Positions 44,763 to 56,299 of a stretch of 64,000 nt of DNA are shown in pieces. Position 1 is the first letter of the stretch. Every line of letters begins with the position of its first letter. Source of the DNA: a virus. The translations under genes and the position numbers were made by a program. Location of the stretch: IMG/VR virus record IMGVR_UViG_3300008416_000001, one strand, 5' to 3'. The notes beneath the pieces are model-generated. The model was not told where the DNA came from. It made no database searches and saw only the letters and a list, made by a program, of their open reading frames with translations.

Positions 44763-45799
44763 TAGTTAAAATCCTGTGTGAAGGTTCCCATCATGTTAGT
44801 CCCATCAGATACGAATGCTAAAACGTCTTTCCCTGTCGTTAGTGTCGTTGTAATAACAGGCGCTGTTCCCCCCGGCCATTGATAGGCTGATCCGTATGCC
44901 AATGTCCGGCTTCCTGTACCGTCCTGCTTGACTGTAAGCAAGTACGTTGCGCCAGCAACCTGATTAGTTGGGTTGTCAAGCGTTCTGTTGCCTCCAAGCG
45001 TCAATGTGGCGACTTGATTGGCTGCTAGATCCCATGCCACGTTAGCTTGGTCTGTCAATGTCGTAGCGTCGAAATTCTGTGTTGCGGTGTATTCCTGTGC
45101 CTCGTCTGTTACTGCGTTGTTTGCGTCATAGAGTAGGAATGCGTGTTCATCAGTACCCTGTGCTCTCACAAATAAGGTACCACTAACTGCAGAATTAATA
45201 ACAAATGCAATAGGTAGTCCTATCGCAGGTTGTGTTGGCTCTGTTGAAGTTAACCCACCAATAACCGTGCTACTGATCCACAATACATCACCATCACCAA
45301 ATGCAGATGTATTAACACCACGAATTTTACCGAAGTGTGTCACTTTCCCATCCGTACCATCCGCTATGTCCTCAGTAGCAATACCAATAAAAAACTTAGC
45401 ATTTGCTGGATTAGTCCCGTCCATTGGCGAAACTGTCAAACGTCCTGACGCACCAACTGTACCAGTAGCCATAACAGGAGTCCCATCACTAATTAAAACA
45501 CCCGTTAAATTGCGAACATGGTAATGCACTTCCTGGCCAAGTTGCAGGGTTGCACCATTAAGACCTAAATCACAAGTTTCTTCATCAGCGTTCCATGCTA
45601 TTTCACCTTGAACTACAGTCTCGCCTGCAGCTGTGTCAAATTTAAATTTACCAATTGGCAATATTCTAAGAATCTTTTGTAGAACATTACCAAGGGTAGC
45701 CTTGAGACTTTCACCGCCTCCGGTCTTCTGGATTTCAATCTCGTCAGTTGAAACCGGCGTTGACTCTTCAGATAAATCATTTATTTCGACGTTTGCCAT
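44762..45799 (-). CDS. Fibre/decoration-like protein (copy 2)
   Basis: Identical to 8436..9473. Confidence 0.55.
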   Translation of the reverse strand: MANVEINDLSEESTPVSTDEIEIQKTGGGESLKATLGNVLQKILRILPIGKFKFDTAAGETVVQGEIAWNADEETCDLGLNGATLQLGQEVHYHVRNLTGVLISDGTPVMATGTVGASGRLTVSPMDGTNPANAKFFIGIATEDIADGTDGKVTHFGKIRGVNTSAFGDGDVLWISSTVIGGLTSTEPTQPAIGLPIAFVINSAVSGTLFVRAQGTDEHAFLLYDANNAVTDEAQEYTATQNFDATTLTDQANVAWDLAANQVATLTLGGNRTLDNPTNQVAGATYLLTVKQDGTGSRTLAYGSAYQWPGGTAPVITTTLTTGKDVLAFVSDGTNMMGTFTQDFN

Positions 45800-45815
45800 A
45801 GTTTGACTCCTTAAA

Positions 45816-46127
45816 TTACTTCATTCCTTCGTGTTCTAAAGAATAGTGATTAGCATCATTAAAACGCCCACCCCAAGAGCCTCCGATTTCTTCCCAGTAT
45901 TCTCCCATCTCTCTGTGATCGTCTGTAGTTGTTAAATATTTACCACCCTTGAATAAATTCAAATCAATAGCAAGCCTCTTGCGGTGCAATGAATTAGGAT
46001 GCCCGTACAATACTTGTTCACTTCTAAACGCATCGCCTAGTGTTACCTGGTAGCCTTTAGAGTGAGCATAGCGAATAAGCAAAACAACCATACCTGTGAA
46101 TTCATTTTGTTTGTCAACTAGTCCCAT
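45816..46127 (-). CDS. M15 peptidase endolysin (copy 2)
   Basis: Identical to 9490..9801. Confidence 0.88.
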   Translation of the reverse strand: MGLVDKQNEFTGMVVLLIRYAHSKGYQVTLGDAFRSEQVLYGHPNSLHRKRLAIDLNLFKGGKYLTTTDDHREMGEYWEEIGGSWGGRFNDANHYSLEHEGMK

Positions 46128-48373
46128 TAGATAAATACTCCAACTATAACAGCGATAATAATACCGCCAAGAATACTAAAAGCCCACCTTCTGGTTGACT
46201 CTAGGCTCTTAATTCTTTCGTGTTTTCTTCCGTCGCTAACCGACATTTCTGTCATACCTTTTCTTAGTTCTTTTACATCGTCTCTTATTTCTCTAAGCAA
46301 CTCTTCCATGACAGTCCCTAATTGTGAGCGTGTTTTGATTTCTCCACGTCCCTCATCCTAGCTTGTATTCTCAATATCTGCCCATGCACCTTGTCCTGTC
46401 CTTCAGCAATCCTAGTATCTAATACAGTGGCATAGGTCAGAGCGCTTGTTACTCTTTCGTCAAGTCGGCCAAAATAAACAAGTGTTGAAAACGCTAAACC
46501 CACCATAATAAGCCCAATGCTAAACATCCCTTTGCCAATCGCATTATGCCATTTAAGATCGCTTTGTATTCGCTGCAAAGTGATCACCGTGTCTGTTCTC
46601 TCTCTGTTGTCAGTCATGTAGTGGACTCCGGTTAAGAAACTCTGGTTACAATTAGAGATGCCTCTTGTGGTGTAAAGCTTGTCCCGCCAGTGCTTGAACT
46701 TATGTATAAAGAGATTTCGTCATTTGCAGCGCATGTGATTAACGCATTACATCCAGCGTCACCTGTATCACCACCAGCACTTATAAAGCGATTAAACGCA
46801 TATCCGGTCCCTGTTGTATTATTATAAATTTCGACTTGGAAAATATCAGAAGAGCTACCTATAAAAGAGGCGCTGGCATTGATAAGATAATCACCTGCCG
46901 TTAATATAGTAATTTTATCATTTGCGTGATCTGGAGTTGTACCACTTGATATACCATTGGTCGCAAAACCTGTCATTTGTGCAGGTGTCCCGGTTATACC
47001 GGTTTGTGCAGTAGAACCACCGTTAACATATATAGAACCATATCCTCCCATTGAAGACACCAGAAAGTCTCTCAAGTCTTGTGGTGATATATCGCCAGTC
47101 GTATTGTCTGCAAACAGTGCCTGTAACGCCGCCAGTGTTCTTTGTGTGTCTGCCATTATTTATCCTTATATGGAAAGAGTTGATTGAGTTTCGCTTGTCT
47201 TTTATTGCATCCGCCGCACGGCTTTACACCTACAGACTTAGTTAGTTTAGCAATCGTATCACCTAACCCTCTAGGCTTTGAATTGTTACCCCTTAACCAA
47301 AGTTTATACGCGGCTTCATCCCAAGCGTTCTTTTTAAGAAACGCGCGCATTTTCTTTTGTCTGATAGCTACCCCTGATTCGTCGCCAGCCCCAATCAGCG
47401 CCATTACTTCGTGTGTATCAAGATGCAGTGTATCATGTATTGTCTGATGTATACTCATGGGCATTGCCACTCTTCAGTTAGATACCTGGATTGTATCGGA
47501 ACGGTGTAAACTGAAGTAGTGCATAAGTCGCAATCAGCTATAGCAGACACTACTGGTGTACCTAGTGGGCATAGTTCTGAATCACTGCGACCATCTATGC
47601 AATTCCACCCCTCTGTTATTCTTATTGCCCCATTTATTGTTATTTGTGACCCAACTGCGCAGATGTGGGCATCGGTAAATTTTATAGCACAGTCAGTACC
47701 ATTTACCCCCCAGAAGTAAGAACCTCTGGGTGGATCAGATACCGTGACCCATATGCCACCAGTTAGCCTAACGGTCAATGTGTTGCTATTCCCGCAGGTA
47801 TCTGTTGCAGTCACAACGCCGCCACGGTAGTCGCCTGGAGTAACACAAGAATTAATTGAAGTTATCTCACCGCTTGAATCTATACCACCGGAGTCAAACG
47901 ACCAAGTATATGGCCCGATGCCACCTGTTGCAGAATAAATATCCCCCACGTTACAATCTCCGTCGCCTGAAACGGTTATATCCATAGACGTTAAACACGG
48001 ATCTACCCTTCCTGGATCAACGCACACCTTTATGTCCTGTGGTTTTGGTGTTTGCTCATCGTCGCAGATGACTATGTCTGATGGTGTAGCGGTATTTTCA
48101 TCTGTGCAAACCTTAATATTACTCACAGAGCGTAATTCCTATCAGCCGAATAATCTGCGTAAGCACTATCGCCAATAATTGAATAGGTGCGCTTGTCGGT
48201 TCTGACTTCAACATTAGCGCCAGCTGTAAATGACTGACCTGCAGCTTTACCAGCGCGGACAGCTTGGCCTTTTGGCGTTCTCACGTTAGTGTGTGTGTCA
48301 AAATCTCTGATTACAACACAGACGATAATATTCTGCTGGTCAATATTTAACAGCTTTTTGACTTCTCTTAAAC

Positions 48374-50389
48374 TCATGACCAAATCACATAGTAAGCTAG
48401 GTTTAAGTTATATTCTATCCTGTCGAAGTTGGTAACTCTCTGCGTTGATAACACTTCGCATTTCTGAGCAACCAAGCCTAATCCATCAACATCTATAGTG
48501 ATAATATCGCCTTCTTTAATGTCCTGTGTTGCGTTGCTTGATGCGTCAACATCGTCAACCCTGACAGTTAAAAAATGTTTGTGATATATACCTTTTTCTA
48601 CTTCAACCTGTGCAGATGCCTTGGCCTGATCTTCATCGACGTAATAAATAAGTACAGATTCATCAAGCCAATTAACGTTCACTCCATCATATATTTCCTC
48701 TGACTCGTCCAATGCCAAAGAAAGGTCTTTATATACAACAATGCTTGGGGCCTTAGTCCCTGCAGGTTCTGTATTCGTTGCTGTCGTCGTAGTAAAATAA
48801 AAAGTCTCTTCAAATGGATCACCTGCGCCATCAACGGCTATAATTTCAACTTTCACTTCTTTACGATAACCACTTGACGATACAGGTGTAAATGTTACCT
48901 TAAATCCTTCCCCACCGAATCCACTGCTAAAACCATTTGAGAATCCTGACCCAAAGCTCGTTATGGTAGTTGATACTACACCACCATTAATTTTAGTAGT
49001 GATATCTGAAGACGATAAACCATGTAATGTATCGCCAATTTCATAATATAAGGTCCAGTCTCGCCTAACGTCTCTATTCCTGGACGCTGGACTTACGTGA
49101 TCGATTGAAGCGAACTTCTCCAGAGTAATATCTCGCACAGTTAAGTCTGCTTGGTCGTCTATCCAACAAGCCACAAACGTTCCTATCGCTGTATCTAATG
49201 TTGCAACTCCTGCAAGGTCATATATTACAACATCGTCGCTACTGTCAACATATGCGACATATCCAGCTGTTCTAGTTGCAGTTGTTGACGCCCATACATA
49301 AGGAATATTACCACTTGAAATTGTATCTAATGTTACATTATATATTAAAACATCATCAACTTCAAAAGCTTCACCGTCTATATTACCATCAACACTTCCG
49401 ATATTGAATGTTGTGTTTCCTGAGCTACGAGTAAAAAATCCCGTATAAGTCCCTTCTGAACTTTGAGGTATTACCTCGAAATAATCATCACCCTCTAACC
49501 CACCAAGATCACCGCCGATCCTGAACGGTACAATATCACCTGACCCCCCACCTGTTGTCGTATTCTTAATTTTCAATGATACATAATAAGCCTCATTTAT
49601 AGCTAACACATCAAGATTCGCCGCATCAGTGGCGCCATCACCTTTCATGTAGAGTTTGTCTGATACCGTTGTGTTTATATCAAAAGTGCCGAGTGATGCA
49701 CCTGTCCAATTGTTTGCACCACTCATATCTGAATCTGTGCCAGTCGCTAAGCTGGCCCCTATTGATTCGTTATAATCAAAAACATCTACCCCCGCACCTG
49801 TAGCAATAAACAGAGTGTTATCTGCACCATAACTTAAATTGTTAACCGTATCATTTGATATCGTTGGAACATTTAACCTGAACGTTTCTTCTGCTGTCCA
49901 GTTATTAGAAGGAAATGCTAAGGTCTCCAATCCTGATGCTACAGAATAAGCTATATATGTTCCATTGATCGCCGCGTTGTCTGTCTCCTCGTCAGAATAT
50001 TGATGCGGTAATCCAGGGGAGGCGAAATATTCAGCGCCCAACGAGTGACAGACTAGCAATTTTGTGTCAATACCTGCTAGAGAGTTGATATCATCACTCT
50101 GAATGGCATAACTTGTTCCAGATACAGCGTAATATTGTTGCAGTTGGCTCGTTAAATCACCATTACCGATCGGACATTGCCAAACACCACGGTCTGAAGT
50201 CCCCAACCATATGCCGTTAGCATTAACCGCGCCACTTGTCACATTAGAAAGCGCTGCATATCCCAAGCGAGACCACGATATATACGATGTTTGATAAATA
50301 TCAACGCCGCCTGCAGAGAATATGAACACTTTGTCGCCTAAGTAGGCATAAGTTTTAACAGTTGTCGATTGTGTGTCTAGTGTTGACAT
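48374..50389 (-). CDS. Large tail protein (copy 2)
   Basis: Identical to 12048..14063. Confidence 0.6.
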   Translation of the reverse strand: MSTLDTQSTTVKTYAYLGDKVFIFSAGGVDIYQTSYISWSRLGYAALSNVTSGAVNANGIWLGTSDRGVWQCPIGNGDLTSQLQQYYAVSGTSYAIQSDDINSLAGIDTKLLVCHSLGAEYFASPGLPHQYSDEETDNAAINGTYIAYSVASGLETLAFPSNNWTAEETFRLNVPTISNDTVNNLSYGADNTLFIATGAGVDVFDYNESIGASLATGTDSDMSGANNWTGASLGTFDINTTVSDKLYMKGDGATDAANLDVLAINEAYYVSLKIKNTTTGGGSGDIVPFRIGGDLGGLEGDDYFEVIPQSSEGTYTGFFTRSSGNTTFNIGSVDGNIDGEAFEVDDVLIYNVTLDTISSGNIPYVWASTTATRTAGYVAYVDSSDDVVIYDLAGVATLDTAIGTFVACWIDDQADLTVRDITLEKFASIDHVSPASRNRDVRRDWTLYYEIGDTLHGLSSSDITTKINGGVVSTTITSFGSGFSNGFSSGFGGEGFKVTFTPVSSSGYRKEVKVEIIAVDGAGDPFEETFYFTTTTATNTEPAGTKAPSIVVYKDLSLALDESEEIYDGVNVNWLDESVLIYYVDEDQAKASAQVEVEKGIYHKHFLTVRVDDVDASSNATQDIKEGDIITIDVDGLGLVAQKCEVLSTQRVTNFDRIEYNLNLAYYVIWS

Positions 50390-52810
50390 CTATGCTGGCC
50401 CTTCGTAAGTAATTGCACCTGTTTTGTTATCAGTGCATGTAACATTATACCCGCCTCGCGCGTCACTGTTTTGGGGCGATATGTTGAAGCTATAACTAAC
50501 ACCGTCAACAACAACCTCGTTTGAACCGCTTGACCCATTCCCGAAGGTAAAATATCCATCTGCATCTGTACGAGACGAGACACCATTCACCGTTACAACC
50601 TTACCCGCTATCGGTTGGCCTTCGCAGTCAACTATACGTCTAGTGCCATCAACGTCACCGTCAGTGCCGTTAGAATCGTTTTCAACTGTCGTGCAAGTCT
50701 CGTCACCAGTTCGCTCTCTGCGGTCAATCTCTGTTTCCCATGACCAGCCACCGGAGTCTCCAAACCTTGCAAAGTTCCCGCCTGTTGCGTCATCGTCTGT
50801 GATTTCTATCTCAACGTCAGCTTTATAGCCGCCAACAATAGCACGTACTGTTACCGTTCCGTAATCTGTACCGGAGGTGAGATTAATTGACGCTACTCCG
50901 TCAGTGGTAGTCGCTGTTGGTGATGATAACAAACAACCTAAATCATTACCTCTGAACTCAAAATAAACAGTCGTGCCATTGGTCACGAAAGTTCCATCTT
51001 CCTTCAGGACTGTGGCCTGTATAGTTGAAGTCTTATCTTCCTCACTTAGTACCTCATAACCTTGATAAGATGTTGCCGTATTAGCTCCTGCTGTCGGTTG
51101 GCCTGTAACATAAAGGCGATAACTCGACCCCACATTCTCCCATTTAAGAATGACTGAGGATGGAAACCCTGTAACCGTTACGGCTGTAGCGTAGAAAATA
51201 GGATTATCAAGCTCTGTGTATCTATCATCACCATCAGCAGTTATAATGCTTGTCTCGCCAACGTAGTTATTGATTATAGTTTCATCTTCTATACTCTTTC
51301 TAATTCTGGCTGGATCAGCTTCAAGAAATAAAGAACCAACAGCAGAGCCAGTCAAAGACAATTGAGCTTCGCCTTGTTGACCTAACGAAGACGCAACGAC
51401 AAGACCACTACCGACAGCTGTGCCTGCACCAACCAATGTTTCTGCTATACCATTCTCATTGCACAAACTAGACGCAGGTGAGACGTTAACTCCGGTAAGC
51501 GGGTTTGCGTTATATTTAATGTAATCGATGATTACAGCTTGCCCTGTTGGCCCTGGAGATATGCCTAATGTTATTGGCTTAGTGTTTGGGGTGAAGCTTC
51601 CACCAGTAAAGAAATTTGTTCCTACTTTGCGCGTATCTGATGCACGATAGACACCAATGACTTGACCAATATTATTAGTCGTTGATACTGCCAGGCTACC
51701 TGTCGTCGTCTGAGTCTCGTCTATTACTTTGTCAGCATAATCTTCAATAGCCCATGTCACCGTCTCAGCAGTCACATAACTCACAATAAACAAATCAGTA
51801 CCGTTGTCTGCTACTTCTATTTCGTCAGCGTCAAACGTTATGTAGTCTATCCTATCACCCTTGACAGGAACAGATTGAGTACCATCATTCAACCAAATGG
51901 CTATAACATCAAAGCATCCACTCACAGGAATAATTGTAAATGAACCCGCATCAATCGGTTCGTCAATAATGGTTGAGTGTTGAACAGGAATACCTGAAGC
52001 ATCAAAAACCTGGGCAGCTGCCGTTGCCGTGCTAGTACCATCAGCAGGGATAGTGTCAGGCCGCACAAATACGGTTACAACAGGTATCTTGCCTAAACTG
52101 TAGTCAAAGGCCGCACCCTTAACCCTGATAGCGTTACGCGGCGAATCTATGCGGTCTTCGTTGTATGAAAGTGAAAGAGCATTATCAAAATCAAAGGTTG
52201 CTGAATCGGTTAGCGACTTTGTAGGTATGTCGAAAATCTCGAATCCTAACCCGTCATTAGTAACACGAACTCCCGCGCCACAGGATTCTGCCAAGTCGCG
52301 AAGAACGTCAAGTCTTCTTGCTCTATTAAACTCTAATCGCTTACCTGGGACCGTTGGATCTTCCGTTGCTTGCCAATCTACGGAGATAACATCTCCGGTC
52401 TGAGTCTGTACGTTCTCAACGCAAATTTGCCGGGCTACGGCTGACATTGGCGCATCAATTGTTGGTACATATGTTAGCAAAGGAAAGTCAACAATCCGTC
52501 CAGCAAAGGCACGACCGGAAGCAATAGGAAAGGGGAATTCTTGAGCCACCGTTCCGTTTGTATCTTCAAACAAGTAATGTGTGGTCGTGGTGTTTTCTGT
52601 CACCCTCAATCTAGCGCGATCCTGATTAATTGAAGGATCTAGATATTGCTCTACATCATCACCATCAATGCCGAAATCTATATTGATAGTTGGCACGAGT
52701 TGTGATTCTGATGTTGTCCCATCTCTTAAGGTTACAACTGAAGCTGTGATGTCTTGCCATGTCAGGCCAGCGTCTTCTATCTCGACTTTAAATGTTGATG
52801 CTATAGGCAT
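50390..52810 (-). CDS. Ig-like tail hub protein (copy 2)
   Basis: Identical to 14064..16484. Confidence 0.65.
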   Translation of the reverse strand: MPIASTFKVEIEDAGLTWQDITASVVTLRDGTTSESQLVPTINIDFGIDGDDVEQYLDPSINQDRARLRVTENTTTTHYLFEDTNGTVAQEFPFPIASGRAFAGRIVDFPLLTYVPTIDAPMSAVARQICVENVQTQTGDVISVDWQATEDPTVPGKRLEFNRARRLDVLRDLAESCGAGVRVTNDGLGFEIFDIPTKSLTDSATFDFDNALSLSYNEDRIDSPRNAIRVKGAAFDYSLGKIPVVTVFVRPDTIPADGTSTATAAAQVFDASGIPVQHSTIIDEPIDAGSFTIIPVSGCFDVIAIWLNDGTQSVPVKGDRIDYITFDADEIEVADNGTDLFIVSYVTAETVTWAIEDYADKVIDETQTTTGSLAVSTTNNIGQVIGVYRASDTRKVGTNFFTGGSFTPNTKPITLGISPGPTGQAVIIDYIKYNANPLTGVNVSPASSLCNENGIAETLVGAGTAVGSGLVVASSLGQQGEAQLSLTGSAVGSLFLEADPARIRKSIEDETIINNYVGETSIITADGDDRYTELDNPIFYATAVTVTGFPSSVILKWENVGSSYRLYVTGQPTAGANTATSYQGYEVLSEEDKTSTIQATVLKEDGTFVTNGTTVYFEFRGNDLGCLLSSPTATTTDGVASINLTSGTDYGTVTVRAIVGGYKADVEIEITDDDATGGNFARFGDSGGWSWETEIDRRERTGDETCTTVENDSNGTDGDVDGTRRIVDCEGQPIAGKVVTVNGVSSRTDADGYFTFGNGSSGSNEVVVDGVSYSFNISPQNSDARGGYNVTCTDNKTGAITYEGPA

Positions 52811-54162
52811 TATTCGCCCTCAGTACGGGAGAGGTTTTGAAGTAAGCTTTCATCACCGAAAGTTCGTTGGCCTGGAACTGATCCCGGACCAAATGATGAT
52901 ATGCTGACAAGTTTCTGATTATCTGCCACTCGTTTCCATGCTTCCGCTAATTTATCAACTTCACCCACTTGTTTTTCAACTGAGCTAGTACCATCATTTA
53001 CAGACTTTACGAAATCATCAACACCCTTTTTCACGTCTTCAATGCTTGCTTGTTCTTTCTGATAACCTGCTATATTTTCATTTTGTTTTTTTATGGCTTC
53101 GTCTTTGTCTTTGTTGATTTGTTGATTTATTTGTTCTTGGTTCTGTGCAAAAGCCACCAAAGATTTTAACTGTTCATCAAATATACCGCCTGCGTTTGCT
53201 GCCTCAAGTACAACTGCCAAACCCTTGGCCATTGTCTCTATGGCGCTTTGCATAATCCCAACAAATCCCAACCAAAGTATTTTTAATTCGCCTATGAGCA
53301 AACCCCAACCACGAAACGCCTGGAGCAATCTGCTGGTAATGTCAAGGACAAGGATTAATCCCTTTGGAATAACATCAACTAAAAACTTCCCTAAGTCTTT
53401 AGCCCATTCAGACAGAGCACCACTTTTAGCCCAACCTACGAGTTTTTCGCCGACAGCTTCTAATGTTGGAGCAAATTGCTTGACAAGCTGAATAGATGCA
53501 CCAGTGATTGCAGCTTTAACTCTAGTCAGAGAATCGTTGATATTTTCCATCTGTTTAGCATCTGCACGATTAATTGCAATGCCGAACAGTTCAGCCTCTT
53601 TCCTGGCCTCTGCAAAAGCGTCTGCAGTTGTATTCAGAATCCTATCGCCAGAACGTCCAAAGATATCCATGGCAATAGAGGTTTTATCTGCTGCACTTTC
53701 TACGCCTTCGAGTTTGCGTGTGACTATCTCCATGGCTTCGGCTGGAGACTTCTTTTTTAATTCCTCTGCATTGATTCCAAGCATTTCAAATGCAGCTGCA
53801 GCTTCACCAACTCCTTGAGCCGCGTCAGATATATTGCGCTGAAGAAATTTAAAAGTCTGATCAGCTTCTTTTGTGCTTGCGCCAGCCAAAGACATTTGAT
53901 GTCTGAATGCTGAGAGTTCCTCTGTAGTTACTCCTAGCCTGTCTGCTGTCTTGGCTAGATCGTCATTCAAGTTTAGAACTTTTATGGTTAGCGCGACAAT
54001 AGCAGTCGCAGCAACACCGAATCCAGCCGCTAAACCTAGCCCGACCTTTTTGCCAGCATTGACAACACTACTCATTCCCTTCTTGAGTGAATTGAAAACG
54101 CGACGAGCTTGACGGTCGGTTGCCGTGATTATAATCTTTAATGTTTTAGTTCCAACAGCCAT
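52810..54162 (-). CDS. Tape measure protein (copy 2)
   Basis: Identical to 16484..17836. Confidence 0.85.
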   Translation of the reverse strand: MAVGTKTLKIIITATDRQARRVFNSLKKGMSSVVNAGKKVGLGLAAGFGVAATAIVALTIKVLNLNDDLAKTADRLGVTTEELSAFRHQMSLAGASTKEADQTFKFLQRNISDAAQGVGEAAAAFEMLGINAEELKKKSPAEAMEIVTRKLEGVESAADKTSIAMDIFGRSGDRILNTTADAFAEARKEAELFGIAINRADAKQMENINDSLTRVKAAITGASIQLVKQFAPTLEAVGEKLVGWAKSGALSEWAKDLGKFLVDVIPKGLILVLDITSRLLQAFRGWGLLIGELKILWLGFVGIMQSAIETMAKGLAVVLEAANAGGIFDEQLKSLVAFAQNQEQINQQINKDKDEAIKKQNENIAGYQKEQASIEDVKKGVDDFVKSVNDGTSSVEKQVGEVDKLAEAWKRVADNQKLVSISSFGPGSVPGQRTFGDESLLQNLSRTEGE

Positions 54163-54237
54163 TTAGAATTGAAACCCCGTAAAATACATGATGCAGAAAA
54201 TACCAGCTACAAACCAAAGGACCTTCATAAACCCCCC

Positions 54238-55176
54238 TTACGTGAAAGCAACAACAACGCCACCTGTAACGATAAACGGCACTGAATATTCAACGGTCCC
54301 TTCATCGTCAGCGCTATCCACTGCACCGTACTGGCAATCTGTGAGCGTGATGGTCACGGTCTCAGTAACGGCATTATTCGTAGCTGATCCAGCAATAACA
54401 ATGTCAGATAGAATAGATCCGAAGTAATTCGTCATCTCAGTGTCGTCTTCAGCAACCACAACCATTGTCCCTTCGATAGTCAGTGCTGAATCTTCAGGAA
54501 GATCTGAGACACCAGGGTCGTTGATGCAGCGCTGGATTTTGGGATTAGCGGTAGTGAGTTCAACGGATTTGCAACACTTGGGAGACCCCTCGATGGTGAA
54601 GGTCATGTCCTGGGCAACAAACGGCACAGAAAGGCCATCAATGGTAGGTGTGTTAGGATCTGCCGTGTCTGTCTCTTCTGCTGTCAGAGACATTAGACCA
54701 TAGGTTTGTGTGATAATCTCACCTACTGCTGCACTAATTCCCCAAGAGCGGCAACGAGTATCGACACCGGAAACCTTAACCCCATCAACAAAAGAATGGG
54801 CTGTATACCATGTGGTATCTCCTGCAGTAGTAATTGAGTATGTAACGCTGGTACTGGCCACGATGGTTTCGTCACCTAAAAGAGATGTGAGGAAAGGGCC
54901 GAATTCAGGAGCCGTGCCTACTGTGCCGCTGCCGTGCATCTCAACGCCCAACGGATTGGGAGTTTCGCCCCATTTACCAACCGGCAATGTTGCTTGAGGC
55001 AATCGGCTGAGTCTGATGTTATTTCTAACAACATCATTAGCCATCGGCTTGAACGGGAGAGCAGCACTATCATATGTAAGCTCAATTGCTTCTGAGCCGT
55101 CCATAGTTGCCTCTACACCTTTACCCGATTGACTTTTGAAATAGAAAGTTGTTTGCTGCCGATCCAATGAGGCCAT
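54238..55176 (-). CDS. Tail tube protein (copy 2)
   Basis: Identical to 17912..18850. Confidence 0.75.
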   Translation of the reverse strand: MASLDRQQTTFYFKSQSGKGVEATMDGSEAIELTYDSAALPFKPMANDVVRNNIRLSRLPQATLPVGKWGETPNPLGVEMHGSGTVGTAPEFGPFLTSLLGDETIVASTSVTYSITTAGDTTWYTAHSFVDGVKVSGVDTRCRSWGISAAVGEIITQTYGLMSLTAEETDTADPNTPTIDGLSVPFVAQDMTFTIEGSPKCCKSVELTTANPKIQRCINDPGVSDLPEDSALTIEGTMVVVAEDDTEMTNYFGSILSDIVIAGSATNNAVTETVTITLTDCQYGAVDSADDEGTVEYSVPFIVTGGVVVAFT

Positions 55177-56299
55177 GATGTTCTCCTTATCTTACTCTTG
55201 AAATTCTAGTATCACCGTTGGCCGTAACACGCTGGTCTCCGATGTCTGTTATTCTGAAAGCGTCCACAAATGAAGGTGTACGCCGAAATCTCACGTTCAC
55301 GTTTATTCTTGTGCTTAGAATGTCTTCGCCTTCTGGCTCGTCTATACCTTCGGGCTTTATCCATGTAACTTCTGTCGGTTTATTTGCTGGTAATAGTACT
55401 GCGTCGAGAACTGAGTAAACCTTGTCTATCAAATCATCATCTGTATTTCTTGTTGTTCTTATTTCTATTGCAACGGGTAATGTGTGGTCATCACGATCAT
55501 TGACACTATTGATAACCCAAAGCTCTATAGATTCGCCACGGTAAAGAACAGAAGCAGAGTATTGACCAGAAGCAATCTCGTCAGTCTTCCTGCTACTATT
55601 GACCCTGGCTATACCAGTAACCCCTTCAACGACTGTGCGAATTTCAGCTAAAATATCTTTTGGTGTCGCCATTATTTCACCATAAATGTCTGGCCGCTTA
55701 TGCGCTCTTCGTCTTCGTCAATCTCGCCGTCTTCGTCCAAATCGATATCAAGCACAGCACGATTAAGCATATCATCATATTCAGCGCGATAGAAAACATG
55801 GAGGCTGAACCATTTGGCTTCTGTGTCTGCTTCTCCAATGTTGATAGAATAATCAAGGAAGATAAGCGCGACGGTTAGGTTTGACAGCATGTCCTTCCTG
55901 ATCTTGTTAAGATTGCGCGTGGTGCCGTCAGTGGCAACAAAATATAGATCGTTTGTTGAGTCAAAAACTTGTGAGAACTTGATGCTTTTTTTGTCCTCTA
56001 TATCGTTCTTGAATTGAAGCAAAGCAGATGCCGTATAATCAGTTACATCGCGAGTGTCGAGTAGATACTCAGTGATATCAAATCTTTGCGCCTGGACTTC
56101 TGCTAATGTAGGCGGTGCGTTTGTCTCTGCCATTACTCAGCCTTTTGTGCCCGTGGTTTGCGAGTCTTTTTGACTTCTTCTTTTGGCTCTTCGCCTTTGT
56201 TGTAAATAACGCCATTGACCTTGACGGTCTCTAGAATTTCTTGTGACATTACAGCACCATTCCCAAAAAAGAGGGGGATTATTAGTCCCCCTCGGTAGG